From Atractiella rhizophila (lineage: Eukaryota): a DNA stretch of 64,000 nucleotides. Below are positions 12,418 through 28,503 of this stretch, in pieces. The notes under the pieces are model-generated. The model ran no database searches. It had not been told where the DNA came from and saw only the letters and a program-made list of their open reading frames with translations. The DNA is taken from NCBI GenBank assembly GCA_021432655.1, contig MU271198.1, positions 62,001 to 126,000 on the forward strand, in the 5' to 3' direction. Position 1 is the stretch's first letter. Every line of letters begins with the position of its first letter. A program made the translations under genes and the position numbers.

Positions 12418-12898
12418 ATTAAACAGGACTGAGGATGGGATGATTGTGCTTGTGGAACTGAATAATCTTGAGAGGATTCGACACTGATTTGAGGTCCGGG
12501 ACTGATGAGAACGATCGCAAACTGATAATTAAAAGGTATTGGGACGAAATGCGAATTGAACTGAAGGAGGTTGAGGAGAAAGAGGCTGGTCTACAGTTGT
12601 ACGAAGTGAAGGAACCAGCCCAGAAAGCGTAAAGAGCGAATGGAATGTAACCGTGGTAAAGCTGAGACTATAAGCTATAAGCCATCGGTTGATGAACCCT
12701 TGAGACTCTGTCTTGAGATCTCTGCAAAAATATGCAAGTTGAGAAATGAGACCACTCCGTCGCGATGAACAACGTACGTCTCCTTGTATGCTCTGTATCC
12801 CTGACGTGCGTTAACACTTTGACTTTGAACTTTGTTCACTTTTAGTTCACCTCAGCCCAGAGATCACTGGGAACTGTGTCAAATAAAAGAAGATCGAG

Positions 12899-13703
12899 AT
12901 GAGCGCAGGAGGAGAGAAGCAACTGGAACATCTTCAGAGTATCCTGGGGCGGCAGTACGTGCGATGACTTCCCTTTCACTGTGCTGAGCAAAATTTGCAG
13001 TCACGATTGGCCCAAACCTGTACCCTTTCAAGCTCCTTTGCATCCCCGTCCCCAAACTTAAGGATGATATGCTCAGGGGATTACCTTCATCGATATATTC
13101 CCTCTCTTTCAAAATGCGCAAGATTTTGAATGCCTGATCACTTATTTCATGTCGCACATCTTCTCAACGTTCCCGGGAGTCAAGATCGATGTTATTGTCG
13201 GGCTGGAAGCGAGAGGATTCCTTCTGGGTCCGATAATTGCGATGAGATTAGGGGCAGCTTTTGTCCCCGTCAGAAAGAAAGGGAAACTACCTGGAAAATG
13301 TATACAGGTACGTTGACACGAAAATTCACCCTCTGCCGCTCATCTCCTTCGTTAGGCAACGTACATTAAAGAATACGGAGAGGTTCGATTGTTTTTTCTC
13401 GGGTGCGGAACACATCGCTGAAGAGTTTATAGGATATTTTCGAAATGCAAGAAGGCGCAATCAAGAATGGACAAAAAGTGCTCGTTATCGACGATTTGAT
13501 CGCGACAGGTGCATTTTAGCCCTTGCTCCGTTCTTCGTTTCTGACTTTACTTCTTAGGCGGATCAGCAAAGGCTGCTGGAGATCTGGTCTCCCGCTCAGG
13601 GGCGGAGATTTTAGAGTACCTGTTCATCATAGAATTGACGTTCCTCAAAGGAACCCAGCAATTGTCATCTCCTAGCTTCAGTATCATCAAATCGAATGAT
13701 TGA
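12899..13703 (+). CDS. APT1: Adenine phosphoribosyltransferase
   Basis: [57 protein letters not shown]. Confidence 0.95.
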
Positions 13704-13769
13704 TTGTAGATCTACATCATCGATGTAAACCTAGAAATTTATTGTTGTGTTCTGATTGTCAGCGAGTTT

Positions 13770-16700
13770 TTATCGAAGAAGATCCACATTGTGAATTCCG
13801 TAGCCACTCAGATATACAGCTTGAGTTCCTCCCTCATTCCTAACCCCAAAGTCCTCTAACAACTCTTCTTCCACCTCAACTTCGATCTCCCCCTTCATAT
13901 TAAAGAGCCTCTCTAAATCACCTCCCACCACTTTCTTGAGCATCACTAACGGAATAGTCTTTTCCACCTTTTCTGCAGGATCTTCGCTGGGAAGAAACTC
14001 TCCATCCTCTTCATTCCAAACAAGCAATCCTTCCGCTCCAGCTTTTGCCGCGTGTTTCATCTTACGAGAAAAGCTGCAGCCTCCACGACGAATCAAAGGG
14101 ATTTTGCCTGCCGCCAGACCGGCTGCTTTTCCTTTATACTTTTTGCAACCGGCATGTTCAAGAGAGAGCAAATCGACGACAGGTAGACGGGGATTAGAAA
14201 CTCCAAGAGATGATCTTGAGACTGGACTGTGGACATCTGGTCCGAAAGTGGCTTTGACTCCGTCGGCGAGAAAGGAGATGGGAGAGTCGACGTTGGGAAG
14301 GTTAACGGTGAAACGAAGGAGAGCTTTGGGGTTGTCCGTTGTTTGAACGGCAGCGCTTGATTCGTCAACAGCTTGAATGACGAGAGGATCCGAAATTAAG
14401 ACTCGACTGCCGCTTGGGACATTGTAAGGACCAATCTTCGAAATGTGATATCCGCTTCCATCCATCAATCTGGTAAGCTGGAGCTTGAGACCTTGGATGT
14501 CCTTGACATGAAGCCCTCCCTTAATTTCCATAACTTTTGAGTGATTCGGTGAAAGATCTTCTGATTGTAGCGGATTGGTGAAAATGAGCTCAACGGTAAA
14601 ATCCTGCGGCGAGTGGGAAGGAAGAACATACAAGGAATCAATTAACTCTTCAGCGGTCATCGTCGAAGTAGGACCTACCTCTTTTCTCGGTAGCTCGCAA
14701 GTTCCAGCAGCATGCCATAATCCTGTGGAATGGGCGTGGATCGGATCAAGGGTGTAGTCCGCGATAAAACGGGCGTATTCAGCGTCGAGCCGTGTGGAAA
14801 CGGAGGGCAACATGGTACGAGCATTATGCATGTGAAGAGGATCCGGGACGGGACAGTTAGCGATCTCTGGCGTGAGAAGGGTGGAGCGAACAGGTTTTCG
14901 GAGATATTTCTTGTTGAGGGGGAGGAGATGACCTTCTGTCGTGAACACTGTGTTACTGTCGTCTTTATTGACCCAATTATCTTCGTCAAAGGTCAAAAAG
15001 AGGTATCTGCAAATACGCCGTGAGAATATGAATATACTTGAAATGGAAAGCAGAGGTCAAGCTCACTTCAGGGTTTCACTAAGAGCAAAGCTGTGCATTC
15101 GATCATCAAGTTTACCAGTAGCTGAAGTTTCCATCAACAACCAGTCTTTAGTGGAAAGAGCGCACGCACTCAAATCTGATATTCCCGCCAAGCCACACTC
15201 GACTCTCGTACGATTCACGAGGTCTCCCACAATCCGTTCCGCCATGTCAAGGTAATAGGGATCCTTCGTCGCCCGATAGAGAAAGTAGTTAGACTCAACA
15301 AATTCTGGTCGCAAAGGATAAGTCGGATTCGTAGCTTCCTTCGTTTGCACATTGAAAGTCTCTGGGATACCGCCGTATCGATTCCAAAGGTTTGAATAAA
15401 CAAGATGGTTCTTGATGGCGTTCGGTACGTCGCCAGCTAGGACAAGAGCTCCCGGCCAAAAGGCAGAAAGGCTGTCGACGTCGACACTTTGAATTTGTCC
15501 ATTCTGCATATTGACGCTGCGGAACTGTTGAGGATGTCAGTCGAATAATCACGAAGGAAATGTAGACGTACCCAAAATCCACCAGGGTCCCGAACATATT
15601 TCATGATAGCGCCATAAGACTCCTTCCAAGCTCGATAGTACTCGTCTTCTCCCAGCCTACACAACTAGTCGGATGAGAGATCACAGGGTGCGAAATAACG
15701 GACAGGACGTAGGCCTTGATCATATACTCAAGAAATGAATCTATCCCAGCACCGACTGAGGAAACGCCGTAGATCCAGTTTCCGTTTTGAAGATTAATGG
15801 TATTGCCTACAAGCCCCTGAGAAGCAGAATTTAGTTCCGACACTTCAACTAGCAGGGAACCGGATGAGGACCAAATTACCATACAAGATCGCTTCTACGG
15901 TTCCAAATGGCCCAGAACGCTTTACGCGCCACTTGCTCAAACACTCCATCTCCCGTCAGCCGACTCAAAGTAGCGAACTCCAGGATCAGACTGCCAGCAC
16001 CAGCGGAGCAGGTTTCTATAGACTCGACAGGCTGTAGGCCGTGCTTAAGGTTAATCTATGGTTTGTAAGCAAGTGATGGTTTGAGGAGTGAATCGCGTAC
16101 TCGAGCGTAGGGAATACCTGTCCGCGACCATTGGAAGGCTGGTAGCAACCGCCGCCCAAGGTCATGAGCGAGAGTGAGGAGTTCTCCTCGATACCAAGAA
16201 ATCGCAAAGCCGTGTTCAGGTTCGCTGGCAAAAATATGCGCAGAAAGCTACACAGAATGTCATCAATTGCGGTCTATAGAAAGGTGTGGACCTTACCAAA
16301 CCACCTAAAACACGAATCGTGGATTCGAAGACTTGGATTTTCACATCTTTGTCGAAGCGAACATATTGAATAGCAAGCCGAACAGCTGATTCAAAGGAAG
16401 ACTTGTCCCCTAGGACCTACATATGTTGTCAATAAGCGTTATCAATGCCAAGCCGGAGCGCACAATGAAGGTATCGAGGGTGTCGACGAGCGTAAGTGAG
16501 AAGTCTCCAAGGACATCGTTTAAGTCAATGTTTTTTCTGTGGGTGCATTTAGAATGAGTTCCTTTCAAGATAATGCATTATCTCACGGGTCAGAATGGTC
16601 TGGTCCCAAGGGTTTACAGGACACAGGCCGAATCTCGTCTGCTGGAAAAGCGACCTGAAGGAGACTGTCAGCAAGCCTATCCATCCAGGAGTAGGCACTC

Positions 16701-16907
16701 ACGCGGAGGTAAGACTTCCAAGCATGATTGAATGTCTCTCTCGTAAGCTCTCTTCACGGACCATACACTCTCAGCCCATTAAAACAATACAAAGAGAAAT
16801 TGCTACCTGAGTTGTCGCTTTCGCTCGTCGGACATGGACGGGTTTGAAGAGACCAGTTGGAATGGCCATAACAAGAGAAACGAAAGGGTCACATAGCTCC
16901 AACGCAT
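13770..16907 (-). CDS. GH47 ER degradation-enhancing alpha-1,2-mannosidase (EDEM3/Mnl1-like) with PA domain
   Basis: Signal peptide MRWSYVTLSFLLLWPFQLVSS; FNHAWKSY, LTLVDTLDT, TCSAGAGSLILEF, VGAGIDSFLEY, YPLRPEFVES, MHSFALSETLK, FTTEGH; PA domain LIRRGGCSFSRK. Confidence 0.92.
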
Positions 16908-17104
16908 TGCTCCCCGTCTTTTCTTTCACTGACGCCGTGCTACCAATCCCAGAAACGCACAATATAGAAGTTGACGTGGAGACGGCTGTCTGAGCAGAAA
17001 TGCGAAGAAGAAGTACGTACGTAATCCAAGCCACGAGAAACGACCAAGCACGAAGTCTGAGCGCCTTTCAAGTCAAGATAGTTGATTAAAAATTTGCTGG
17101 CATT

Positions 17105-18267
17105 ATGGAAGATGTGTCTGGGGTATTGGGCGCATATCTGTGAGTGGTTCTGTATCTGACGGCAATAGATATGAAGGTAACATTCGGATCAGGCTGAAAG
17201 GATGGGTCAGTCAAGGATGCATTCCGTTCTGTCATCCAGCTGAACGACTGAGATAGACCATGTCAGACGAGCTATGCAGTCGAGAAGATTGTCCCGGAAT
17301 CCCTTTGATGCAACGCGGAACAGAATCCTTCTGCGCTCGATGTGATGGTCCACCGTCGCCTCAAACTGCCGTGGCAGCTCCTCTCGCACGCGTTACCACC
17401 CCTTCTTCTCCCACCACCGACTCGTTCTCTACCAACTCAACGGGGTTAACCTCTAACGCAACAGCAGAGGACTTCCAGATGCCCGTCGTCGATCCTCAGA
17501 CACAGCTTATGAGGAGGCAGCAAAGCGATGTGGCTTCTCAGCGCATTGGAGAGCTTCTGTTGAAAGGTTGGACTCTACTCGGTGAGGAATGTACAAACTC
17601 TACCTGCTGGGGTGTGCCACTCATGGGTTCGTGCTCTTTTTGTTTGCGAGGGCTTAAGGAGTTGATATTGGCAAAGGATATCCGCGGCATATGAATACGA
17701 ATGGGAGGCGGCTTTGTGTGATTTGTCGAAGAGAGTATGTCGATGGAAATGCCACTCCTGAGGCTACGGGAACGTCGTCAGCTGCACCCTCCCGCTCAAC
17801 TGGCGTTGGACCTGCAGAGAGGCAAGTCGATGCGATGACGGACGTTGGGAGAACTGTTGGAGTTGGAGCTGGGCCGACAAAGCAAGATCGCAAGCAGAAA
17901 GGCAAAGCTCGGAAGTACGATTTAAGTTCAAGGGTACGATTTTTCTTTCCTTTGCAATCATTTTCGAACACTCTTATAGATGCCACCGCCACCGATTTCA
18001 AGCAATCCGATCGTACCTCCACCTCGCTCACCGCGACCATCTCTAACGAATACAATCGTACCTGCTCAATCGCCTATCCCGCCTCCCGCTATCGACCCGC
18101 AAATGAACTACGACGGGCACACCAAGGCCGTTTCTTCGCTTAACCGAAAACTTGCTCAGTTGGCTGACTCGCTGGATGGTACCTCAGAGCTTGAAAGGAT
18201 TAGAGAGCTTGCAGCTACGATCGGAACGTGTGGCGAGGCTCTGGGGAGGTTGAGGAGTTCTGCCTGA
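17105..18267 (+). CDS. SSSCA1/ZNRD2-like (Auto_anti-p27) zinc-ribbon protein
   Basis: Two LLKGWT(M/L)..E.C....C.G.PLM...C..C repeats (LLKGWTMSDELCSREDCPGIPLM...CARC; LLKGWTLLGEECTNSTCWGVPLM...CVIC). Confidence 0.82.
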
Positions 18268-18967
18268 TTGTCATTCAGGACGGTGAAGCTGATATACAGT
18301 TGAAGAGCTGAATAACATTGTATTCCTGCACCGCAGTAACTATGTACCAACCCTTTGAGTCCAGGAGTCAAAGGGTCAACTTCTTTGTCGTAACGCCCAC
18401 GAATCGCTCGACAGCTCCAATAAGTCCGTGACAACTAACAATAGCTCGAACAGTAAGAGATCCTAATTCCTTCACTCACTTCAATGGGTTCTTCCATTGT
18501 CTAAACATTCACAGCGGCCAGTCTGGTGGCAACAGTGTGGAACTGAGCGATAAGTGTATAAAGCTGTTATGTCAGACAAACGAGTAATAACTGCGAACCA
18601 CTACTCTGTTTCACACATTGATGAGGTTATCCGCAGCACATTGTAGTGGAGCATCGGATGCATCGGAGGCTACGAAGTGGTTCTGCGTGCGACAGGACGG
18701 TAAATGAAGCAAAGGGAGACACAGCAACTGAAACCCCGTCCGTCCGGCTTATTTCAAGCACCACCTACGGTGGACTGGGTGTCTGTAGAAGCATAATCTC
18801 TGATGGAAGGACTCAGGGATGGTCCCAAAGACTTTAACGCCGTCCGTGCTCCTTTACCTCACCATTCGGAGAGGCTCCGGTCTTGAAGGATGTCATCCAA
18901 ATAAAAACAACATGGCTCTGAGAGGGAAGGATCAATTTTCAGCAAAGTGAAATCAGCGAGTGAAACG

Positions 18968-19874
18968 ATGTCAGCCTCCATGGACCAGCCATCTAGAAAA
19001 TCTACCGCCTTCATCTTGATCCCTGGGTCATTTTGTACGGCTGCAGTATGCGAGCCTATCGCTGAGATCCTCCGACAAGCGGGCTACGAAGCCTTAGCGA
19101 TGGCTACTCCTTCTGCTCAGATAAGGCCACAAGGTCCCGCCACCTTTGAAGAGGATGTGGAAGCCATCCTTTCAGCCATCGAAGGGTTTAAACAGAGAGG
19201 AAAAGTGTGTTTTTCGATTATTCCTGACATTCATGATTTGAATTATTTGCAGGAAGTGATAATCGGAATGAACAGTTATGCGGCTTGGCCAGGAACGCAA
19301 GCAGCTGGAATAGCCAACGAGAGAGGAAGAAAAGAAGGCCAAACAGCGGGTGTCGTGGGGCTGGCTTACTTGGCTTCGTTCCTGCCCAAATCAAATGAGA
19401 GCCTGCGAGATGTCATGGGAGATTTCCAGAACACTACAGTAAGTAAGTTTCTGCAGGGGCAACGCATTTATCTCAGCAGTTGGATTAGAACGATTACATG
19501 ACCTTGGCGGCGGATGCTTCTGCCATCTTTAATGAGGTTTCAGAAGAAGAGGGTATGCTACCACCTAACTTGTCGGCCAGGATAACGTTTTTGCAGGCCA
19601 AGAATTCATTAAACTGATTGGGTCACACCACTCGAGCGTTTCCTGGCTCGGGAAGCTCACTCACACCGAGTACATAAACACGCCAACAACATACCTGTTC
19701 TGCGAAAAAGACTTGCTTGTTACGCCCGCTCTCCAGCAAGATATGGTAAACTGGGCGGATGCGAATGGGGCTAACATCATCAAAAAGTCTTGCGCCGCCG
19801 GTCATTGTCCAATGCTCACCATGCCGAATCTCGTTGCGGATGTGCTAAAGGAAATGGCAGAAAACAGGCAATAG
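18968..19874 (+). CDS. Alpha/beta hydrolase (methylesterase-like, Abhydrolase_6)
   Basis: FILIPGSF oxyanion loop, GMNSYAA nucleophile elbow, GLAYLASFLP, YLFCEKD, AGHCPML. Confidence 0.85.
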
Positions 19875-20358
19875 GCGAGACTCAGAACACAATGTATTTG
19901 ATTTTGACCACTGCACTATTGACGTTAGAACAAGCAGTAACGCATGGAGCGTGTGCCCAAGATCGATATCATTAAGCATTAAGCGCGAAAGTAACAATCT
20001 GCGCCACCACAGGAACCCCATAAAAATTGTTGTTTTTCGGGAGTAAACTCACACTCCAGTCCGTTCAACTTCACTTCGTTGAATGTACAATTGCTCTTTC
20101 CTGTTCCGGTCCTGTTACTGTCCCAAAATCGCAAACCGGCTCATAATCACCTGGAGATAGCATAGAACTTGAATCTTGGACGTTCGATATCATGTCCGAT
20201 TGTGTTGTTGTGAGGATGGTTGATCCGAGTGTCCGACCCGAAGCATTTCGTGGCAGAGGAACCACAACTGGAGCAAACACCACTTCAAAAGGCAAAGGGC
20301 AACGTAGACCTCACTCTCCTCCTTACAACCATTTCAGAATACAGTGAAGTGATAGAAA

Positions 20359-22310
<1,952 letters not shown>

Positions 22311-22618
22311 ATACCGCCTTATTGCTAGAAATTGCAAGAACTTGCCTTTTCGGCTTTTTTTTAGAGGTTTAGAGTGGGGTGCCATCGGAGTGCGTGGATT
22401 GCGTATTTGTGAGGTATTACTGGACTAATTGGGATTTCGTTCACTCTTTGCAAACATGCTCCAGAAATACCGGTTCTGTTAGCTGAAGAGAGGTCAGAAA
22501 AGCCTCAAAATGAGCGTTGCAACTCATGCACGTGCAGGATTTAGCACACGTTGTAAGATGTGCCAGTTATGCGAACCTCGCCAACTCACCAAGCACGACG
22601 AGCAAATTTACAGCAAGA

Positions 22619-25600
22619 ATGGCCACAACAGTTCGGCCGTCGACATCAGGACGAAGTGTCAAAGATGGTAACTGGGTGACTGCCGTTCTGGAGGGACGTG
22701 GTGTTGGACATGAAGTAGGGATTGCGACACTTGAGTTGGATAGGAAAATATGCTACATCACTCAGGTCCGTCCTTTCTTGACCTCAAGGAACATCTGGAA
22801 AGCGTGTTGCAGTTGACCGATTCGCAAACTTTCGTCAAAACAATTCACACCTTGACGAGCGTCAGTTAAGCTTTTCCCCTGGATTCAAGGCCACTCAAAT
22901 GGAGTTCCCAACAGAGGTATCCGTCTACCATCCTTGTTCCGTCTACTGCCGCGAAACCCGGCCAAAATTCTGAAGCTCAACTTATGAACTTGGTCAATGG
23001 CACCATCTTCATGGAATGTCTGACAGAATCCTTCGACGACGTGACTTTCACCCCGGTCGCGCGAAAATATTGGAACGAGCAAGCCGGTTTGCTTATTCCC
23101 CATCACTCATGCGCCGACAGTTGCTCATTTCTGAGAAGGACTCGACTTTATCATTCAATATGGAGCCGATGATGAGAGTAACAGAGCCAGTGCGAAGACT
23201 GCAGAGTCGAAGTATTATGCTCTATCCGCTACGTCGGCTTTGTTTAAGTATGTCTTCATATTTTTCCATTTGCACCATTGTGAGACAACCGTAGATACCT
23301 AGAGGTCTCTTTAGGGATAACATACCCTGCCAAATCTCTAAACATCAAATACTCTGCCCTCGAAGGCACAGCTCTAATTGATGTAGACACTGTCATCAGC
23401 CTCGAACTTGTGACTAATGTAAGCCAGTTCTGTCGTTTGACTCTTTGAACAATGGGGCTAGCTCGTGGACCCAAAAAGTAAACAAACCTTGCTCGGCTTA
23501 CTGGACCATTGCTTCACACCGTATGCTCTCCGATCTTTGCACGAAGCAAGTGCTGACATACTTTCAGGATGGCTACGCGTCTTGTGAGACTTTCACGTCA
23601 CTTGGACCTGAATGACATATTTCCTCAGCTTCGTGCAAACATCCTAAGTCCTTCAACATCGACAGAAACAATCGAAGCTCGACTTGACGTTGTCAGTTCC
23701 CATCCCCTGGCCCTCGCTAATGCTCACGGATGCGACAGGTAGAAGAATTGGTTGGAAAGGAAGAAAGATTCATCGCCATCCGAAAGTCTTTATCCACGTA
23801 TGCACTTAATAGATCTGTCTGAATAATACTGACATTTCGTGAAGATTGAAAAATATAGACTTGGATAAGCTAGTTGGCTCGCTCATTACTTCTCGTTCGC
23901 CGTCGCCCATCCTTCGCGTGAAGCAGGATCCTGCCACACTCGCAGGCCAGAAAATCCAGAGATTTCTCAATTTGAAAACCTTTCTCAGGTAGAATCAAAA
24001 ATATCTGCCCTTCCTTGCTAAATGCATGTGAACACAGGGCATTACCTTTACTCGCGAAATCGCTATCAGGTTGTCGAAGCCACCTTCTTACTATGATCAA
24101 GACGATCCTTCAACACCAAAAGACTGGGGACATGCTGAAGTCTATCGACGACATTCTCAGCGATGAAAAAGAGGCGAGCACGTGGAGATATGCAGCTTTT
24201 GGAAAAAACCAAAAGATACGAGCAGTGAAACCCAAGAAAAATCTGCTCCTAGATGTTAGTCTCTAGATCACCTTGCTTGCCGTTCTGACTTCTCGTAACT
24301 CAAGGTTGCACGTGAAACTTACAACGAAAATGTGACGGATTGTTTTGAACTTGCAGAGAAATTGTCTCAAGCGCACAAGTTTGAAATTGCTCTGCAATAC
24401 TCCAAAAATGGATATCAGTTTGTCTCTAAAAACGAAGACATCGATGACAGGAGGGTATTGGAGAAACTGGGATTTAAAGATATTGTAAGAATTCTGTCTT
24501 TGTCGGACCATGCTGACAATTTGACAGTCCAAAAAAGCTGGCAAGACGTATTTCAGTTCCTTGGAACTTGTGAGCCCATTGCAGTCTTTCGCATTCTCTC
24601 CTCAAATATGGTACAGAAAAAGAAGAATCAAAAAATCACAGACTCAATGCATGAAATCCTCCTGCTGAGTGATCAGTACGCCAATTGGCTCACCCTTCAA
24701 GAAGAAGTTAAAACTCACCTTTTTGGCAGGACGCTAGAGATGCTGAATGATCACATCTCTACCGATATTTCAGTATTGTACCAGTGCTCTGAAGCAATAG
24801 CCCTGCTCGACATGTTGGCATCGTAAGTAGTCCAACCCGTGCCACTTGTTCTATAAAATCCTTTAGTTTTGCCGATCTAGCCTCGAAATACGAGTATACG
24901 AGACCAGAATTTACAGGTGTGTTTGCTCTCATACATCATTCATCGTTCATAGTAGCGTTCAGGAACTTTGGCTATCAAAGGAGGTAACAGTAGCACCTCT
25001 CCATGATATGGCTGAACGTCACCAAGGCCGACACCCGTTGCTTGAGCGCCGTGAAGACGCGGATTTCGTTGCGAAGTGACATGTCTCATTCATTCTTGCT
25101 GTTTCTCTGCTCATTCGACTCAAGCGATACTTGGGTGACCGATGCTTCCACCTTCCAGATCATTACTGGGCCCAATATGTCAGGGAAAAGCACGTTCATT
25201 CGTCAGGCGAGCTCTACCTGAATACTTTCTGGACTAGTTCTGAATGCCTAAACAGGTCGCTCTTTTGTATATCATGGCTCAGGTCAGTATCAATCGGTTA
25301 CGAAACTACCGTGTTGATAAAGAGCCAGATCGGGTCTTTTGGTAAGCTTACCCCACTCGCCTTTAGCTTTAAAACCTGCCACTCGTCCTCCGCGCGATTT
25401 GCGCTCTATTAGTTCCAGCAGAATACGCTTCTTTCGCTGTGGTTTCATCCATACTATCTCGCCTCTCGAATGACGACTCCATCGAGTCCGGTCTATCAAC
25501 CTTTGCCATGGAAATGAAGAGCATGAGCCTGATACTCAGTGCACTAGAAGTGTGCAAGGAAGATGGCAAGATGCTCGTCATAGTGGACGAGCTTGGGCGG

Positions 25601-26366
25601 GGAACAAGCAGTGCAGAAGGAATTGGGATTGCCCATGCCATTGCAGAACGAATAATTGAAAGCACGGTCAGTTAGTACCAATCAAGTACTCGTAAATTTG
25701 ACAGTCTCTGCAGGCAATCTGCTTCTTTATTACACATTTTCGCGAGCTTTGCACGTCAGTAGCGTTGCCAGGCTTTGCTAACGCCTGACATCGTCGTCAG
25801 GACGCTGCACGCATATCCAACCGTGGTCACCCTCCAAATGTCTTGCGAAGTTCATCTTCTTCTCCTTTCGTTTGAAAACTGCTCACTTTGTCGAGTGTAC
25901 AGGTCGACTCAAACTGTGCCCACACGGCGTGCGGCCTTCGATTCCTACACACAATCAAAGACGGTGCCTCAGATCATGTTCATTATGGTGAGCCGAAACG
26001 TATTCAAACCAGGCTCTGACTTTCAACCCCAGGAATTGAACTGGCTCGAGGCACAAGATTGCCACAAAGCGTTCTCAACAGAGCCATCGACATCGCACAG
26101 CGTTTAGACGAACTAGCAGGTGAAGATCAGAGGACTTCGAAGAGTGTGATGGTGATAGAAAGGCGAAGAGAGGTGCTCGAGGTAAGCCAATCACTATGAC
26201 TTTTGTCATCAGGTGAACCACGGTGCAGCTTGTCGAAACCTTACGTAGGATTCATCGCGAAACGCCGGCCTCTTTTAGTGCACAGGAATTAAAAGTCATG
26301 CTCATCCAGCTTCAGAAGAAGGCCGTCAATGAGCTTGAGAAGTACCTTGATGAATACTCAGAATAG
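22619..26366 (+). CDS. MSH4: Meiotic MutS homolog 4
   Basis: AVLEGRGVGHEVGIA (typical of MSH4), IITGPNMSGKSTFIRQ, IMAQIGSF, DDSIESGLSTFAMEM, IVDELGRGTS, HYGIELA; about 25 small exons; start approximate. Confidence 0.88.
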
Positions 26367-26517
26367 TGACACTTAGCGGAACGTTGTACAGAACTACTAT
26401 CCATATGTGATATATGAAGCGTATTTTACTTCCTTGTACTGGATGCGGATGTTTATTCTCCATAACGGTGGACATACAGACTTTCGTGATTACGCACTTC
26501 TTCAGTTCCCAGTGCCG

Positions 26518-27741
26518 TCATCTCCTCTTGACAGTGGCAGTGATAAGCCCTGAAACTTCGATAGGTTGGAAAACCTCAGCATCAGCAGGCTTCGTGTTCT
26601 GCAACCCTTTGTAAAATGAAAGATCAACTGGGACGTAATGCTTGTTCGGGAGAGCCATTGACATTTCGGTCACTGCACATAGAAAAGGTTAATTGCGAGG
26701 TCAGCTATGCAGGTGCAGAAACAACGCGCCATGGTCACACTCCTTTAAAACTACTTGACATGTGCGATACAATGTCGCCTGCACCGATTTTGAGTCGTCA
26801 GTAGCAAAAATCTTGAGGATGGCATTTCGAACGGCGTTGTGAATGGCGTTGAAATCGATCTTAGTTTGTGCAAGAAAGTCGTTGGTCATAGGATGAGGTA
26901 CCGCGAGAACGTAGGAGGCATCGCTGGCGAAAGTTTAGGTGGAGATGGGAGGTTAGAGACAGCCAGCATACACTGCGGTAGAGAATATCCTATCGTCAAC
27001 TTCCACGAGAGTGGTGAATTCGTCTCTGACGAAATTCTCGAACGAGCTTCCAGTGCTCTTCAAAACTAAAAGATCGGTGATACCACCTTTGACCTGATTC
27101 TTCAATCAGTAAACTTATGTCGACAACTACTTTCTAACCTGAGCTCTCAGAGACTGTTTGCCATCGGCATCGTCCACGACCACTGAGACTATCCGTTTAT
27201 CTTCGCCATCACGGGTGAACGAATGATTATGCTCCTGCCCGTCGATCGAAAGGCGAGACCACCTTAACTGCTGCACGTCGATCTAATACATCTATCACTT
27301 ATGGTGACTGTAAATAGCCACAGGAAGCTTACCCAAGCCTTATGAATGTGTTTGTAAGTTGAAACAAAATGGATTCCCAGTTCAAGTGCAAACTTCTCCG
27401 GTTCAAGCACATAAGGGGATGTCTTCGCTTTGACATTGATCGTGTTCTTCATGGAATCGGTCGCAACAACGACCGAGTTATCCGCTTGTGTATATGAGGC
27501 TTCGATCTCTCTAAAATCCTTATCAGCAATTGTAGCAGCAACCTTGTAACAGACCCTTCTAGCAGTGCCTTCACGATATACTCCACAACCTCATGGCGAG
27601 GACCATTTCGCACTACTCGTAGTAGCTGTCCACAGGTATATATCCAGTTCCTACACTTCTTTGCCAGTGGCTTACCTTGACGGTTTGCTTCCCGTATCGC
27701 GCTGCAGAAAGAAAACCTGGCTCTTGTTCGTTTTGGTCCAT
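26518..27741 (-). CDS. Urate oxidase (uricase)
   Basis: LSAARYGK, VVATDSMKNT, LKSTGSSFENF, DDSKSVQATLY, NKHY, GLITATVKRR*. Confidence 0.94.
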
Positions 27742-28374
27742 GATGAAGTCGGCTGTGCGTGGTATGGAAGGGCAATGTGTTGAATTTATGCAAATTTTCG
27801 AAGATTGTGTAGAGTGTTTGGCTTCCTACGTGAGATCGCCAAAAGTATAGTTCGTTCCCAACTGAGATCTTCCAAGATAAGCAGTCGCTATGTCTCCATG
27901 AAAGTTTACGGGCAATTCCTTCCAATTCCTTCCAATCCCTTTCACAGCCCTTTTTTGAAGTATTTAGCAAAGTATTACTATTTTGACATCCAGTTACAAC
28001 ACAAGAGCCTCAGTTACTGCAGTGCATCGTTCTGGTAACTGCATAGTGTTGAGATTGTGTGGTACCAGTAACATTCATAGCTCCTGTTCAATCTATATTG
28101 TAGTATAGCTATCCACTTTTACCAACTCGAAGTCGATGGTTGCTCTTTCAAAGTTCTAACAAAAGAGTGTTGAGGCGGTACCAAGCGAGGTCTCAAAAAT
28201 TCAACTTCAAAGCAATTTCAGACCTTGGGAGTGGTGCAGACTTCCTGTAGTGCCTGGGAACCAGTAATGATGTCGCAGGGCGCAGACTTTTCGAGGCGGG
28301 TCCTGGCAGGTCGATGTCCTCATTGATGCACAAGCTTAAGGTTGAAGCTTTGTTGAAGCGGGCCGGGAACACAC

Positions 28375-28417
28375 TGACGTCATGATTTCTTCCCCTCCCT
28401 GTCACTTCGTATAAAAA
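28375..28417 (+). promoter_or_regulatory. CRE (TGACGTCA), STRE-like (CCCCT) and TATA (TATAAAAA) elements
   Basis: TGACGTCA at 28375-28382, CCCCT at 28392-28396 and TATAAAAA at 28410-28417, ~90 bp upstream of the ATG at 28504. Confidence 0.5.
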
Positions 28418-28503
28418 GGGTTCCCTTTTCAAGTTGCTTTGCTCCGCTCCACCAGAATAACAGAATAACAAAATTACCACTTACTACTTAGCACAATATA
28501 AAC

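Noticed and set aside
19265..19290. Atypical NSYAA nucleophile elbow suggesting a dead hydrolase
   Set aside because: Candidate Ser, Asp (EKD) and His (AGH) are all present, and such variation is within the family range.
26340..26520. Uricase lacks a PTS1; checked for a cryptic PTS1 by readthrough
   Set aside because: The context is TGA-CGG and the readthrough frame does not end in an SKL-like tripeptide.
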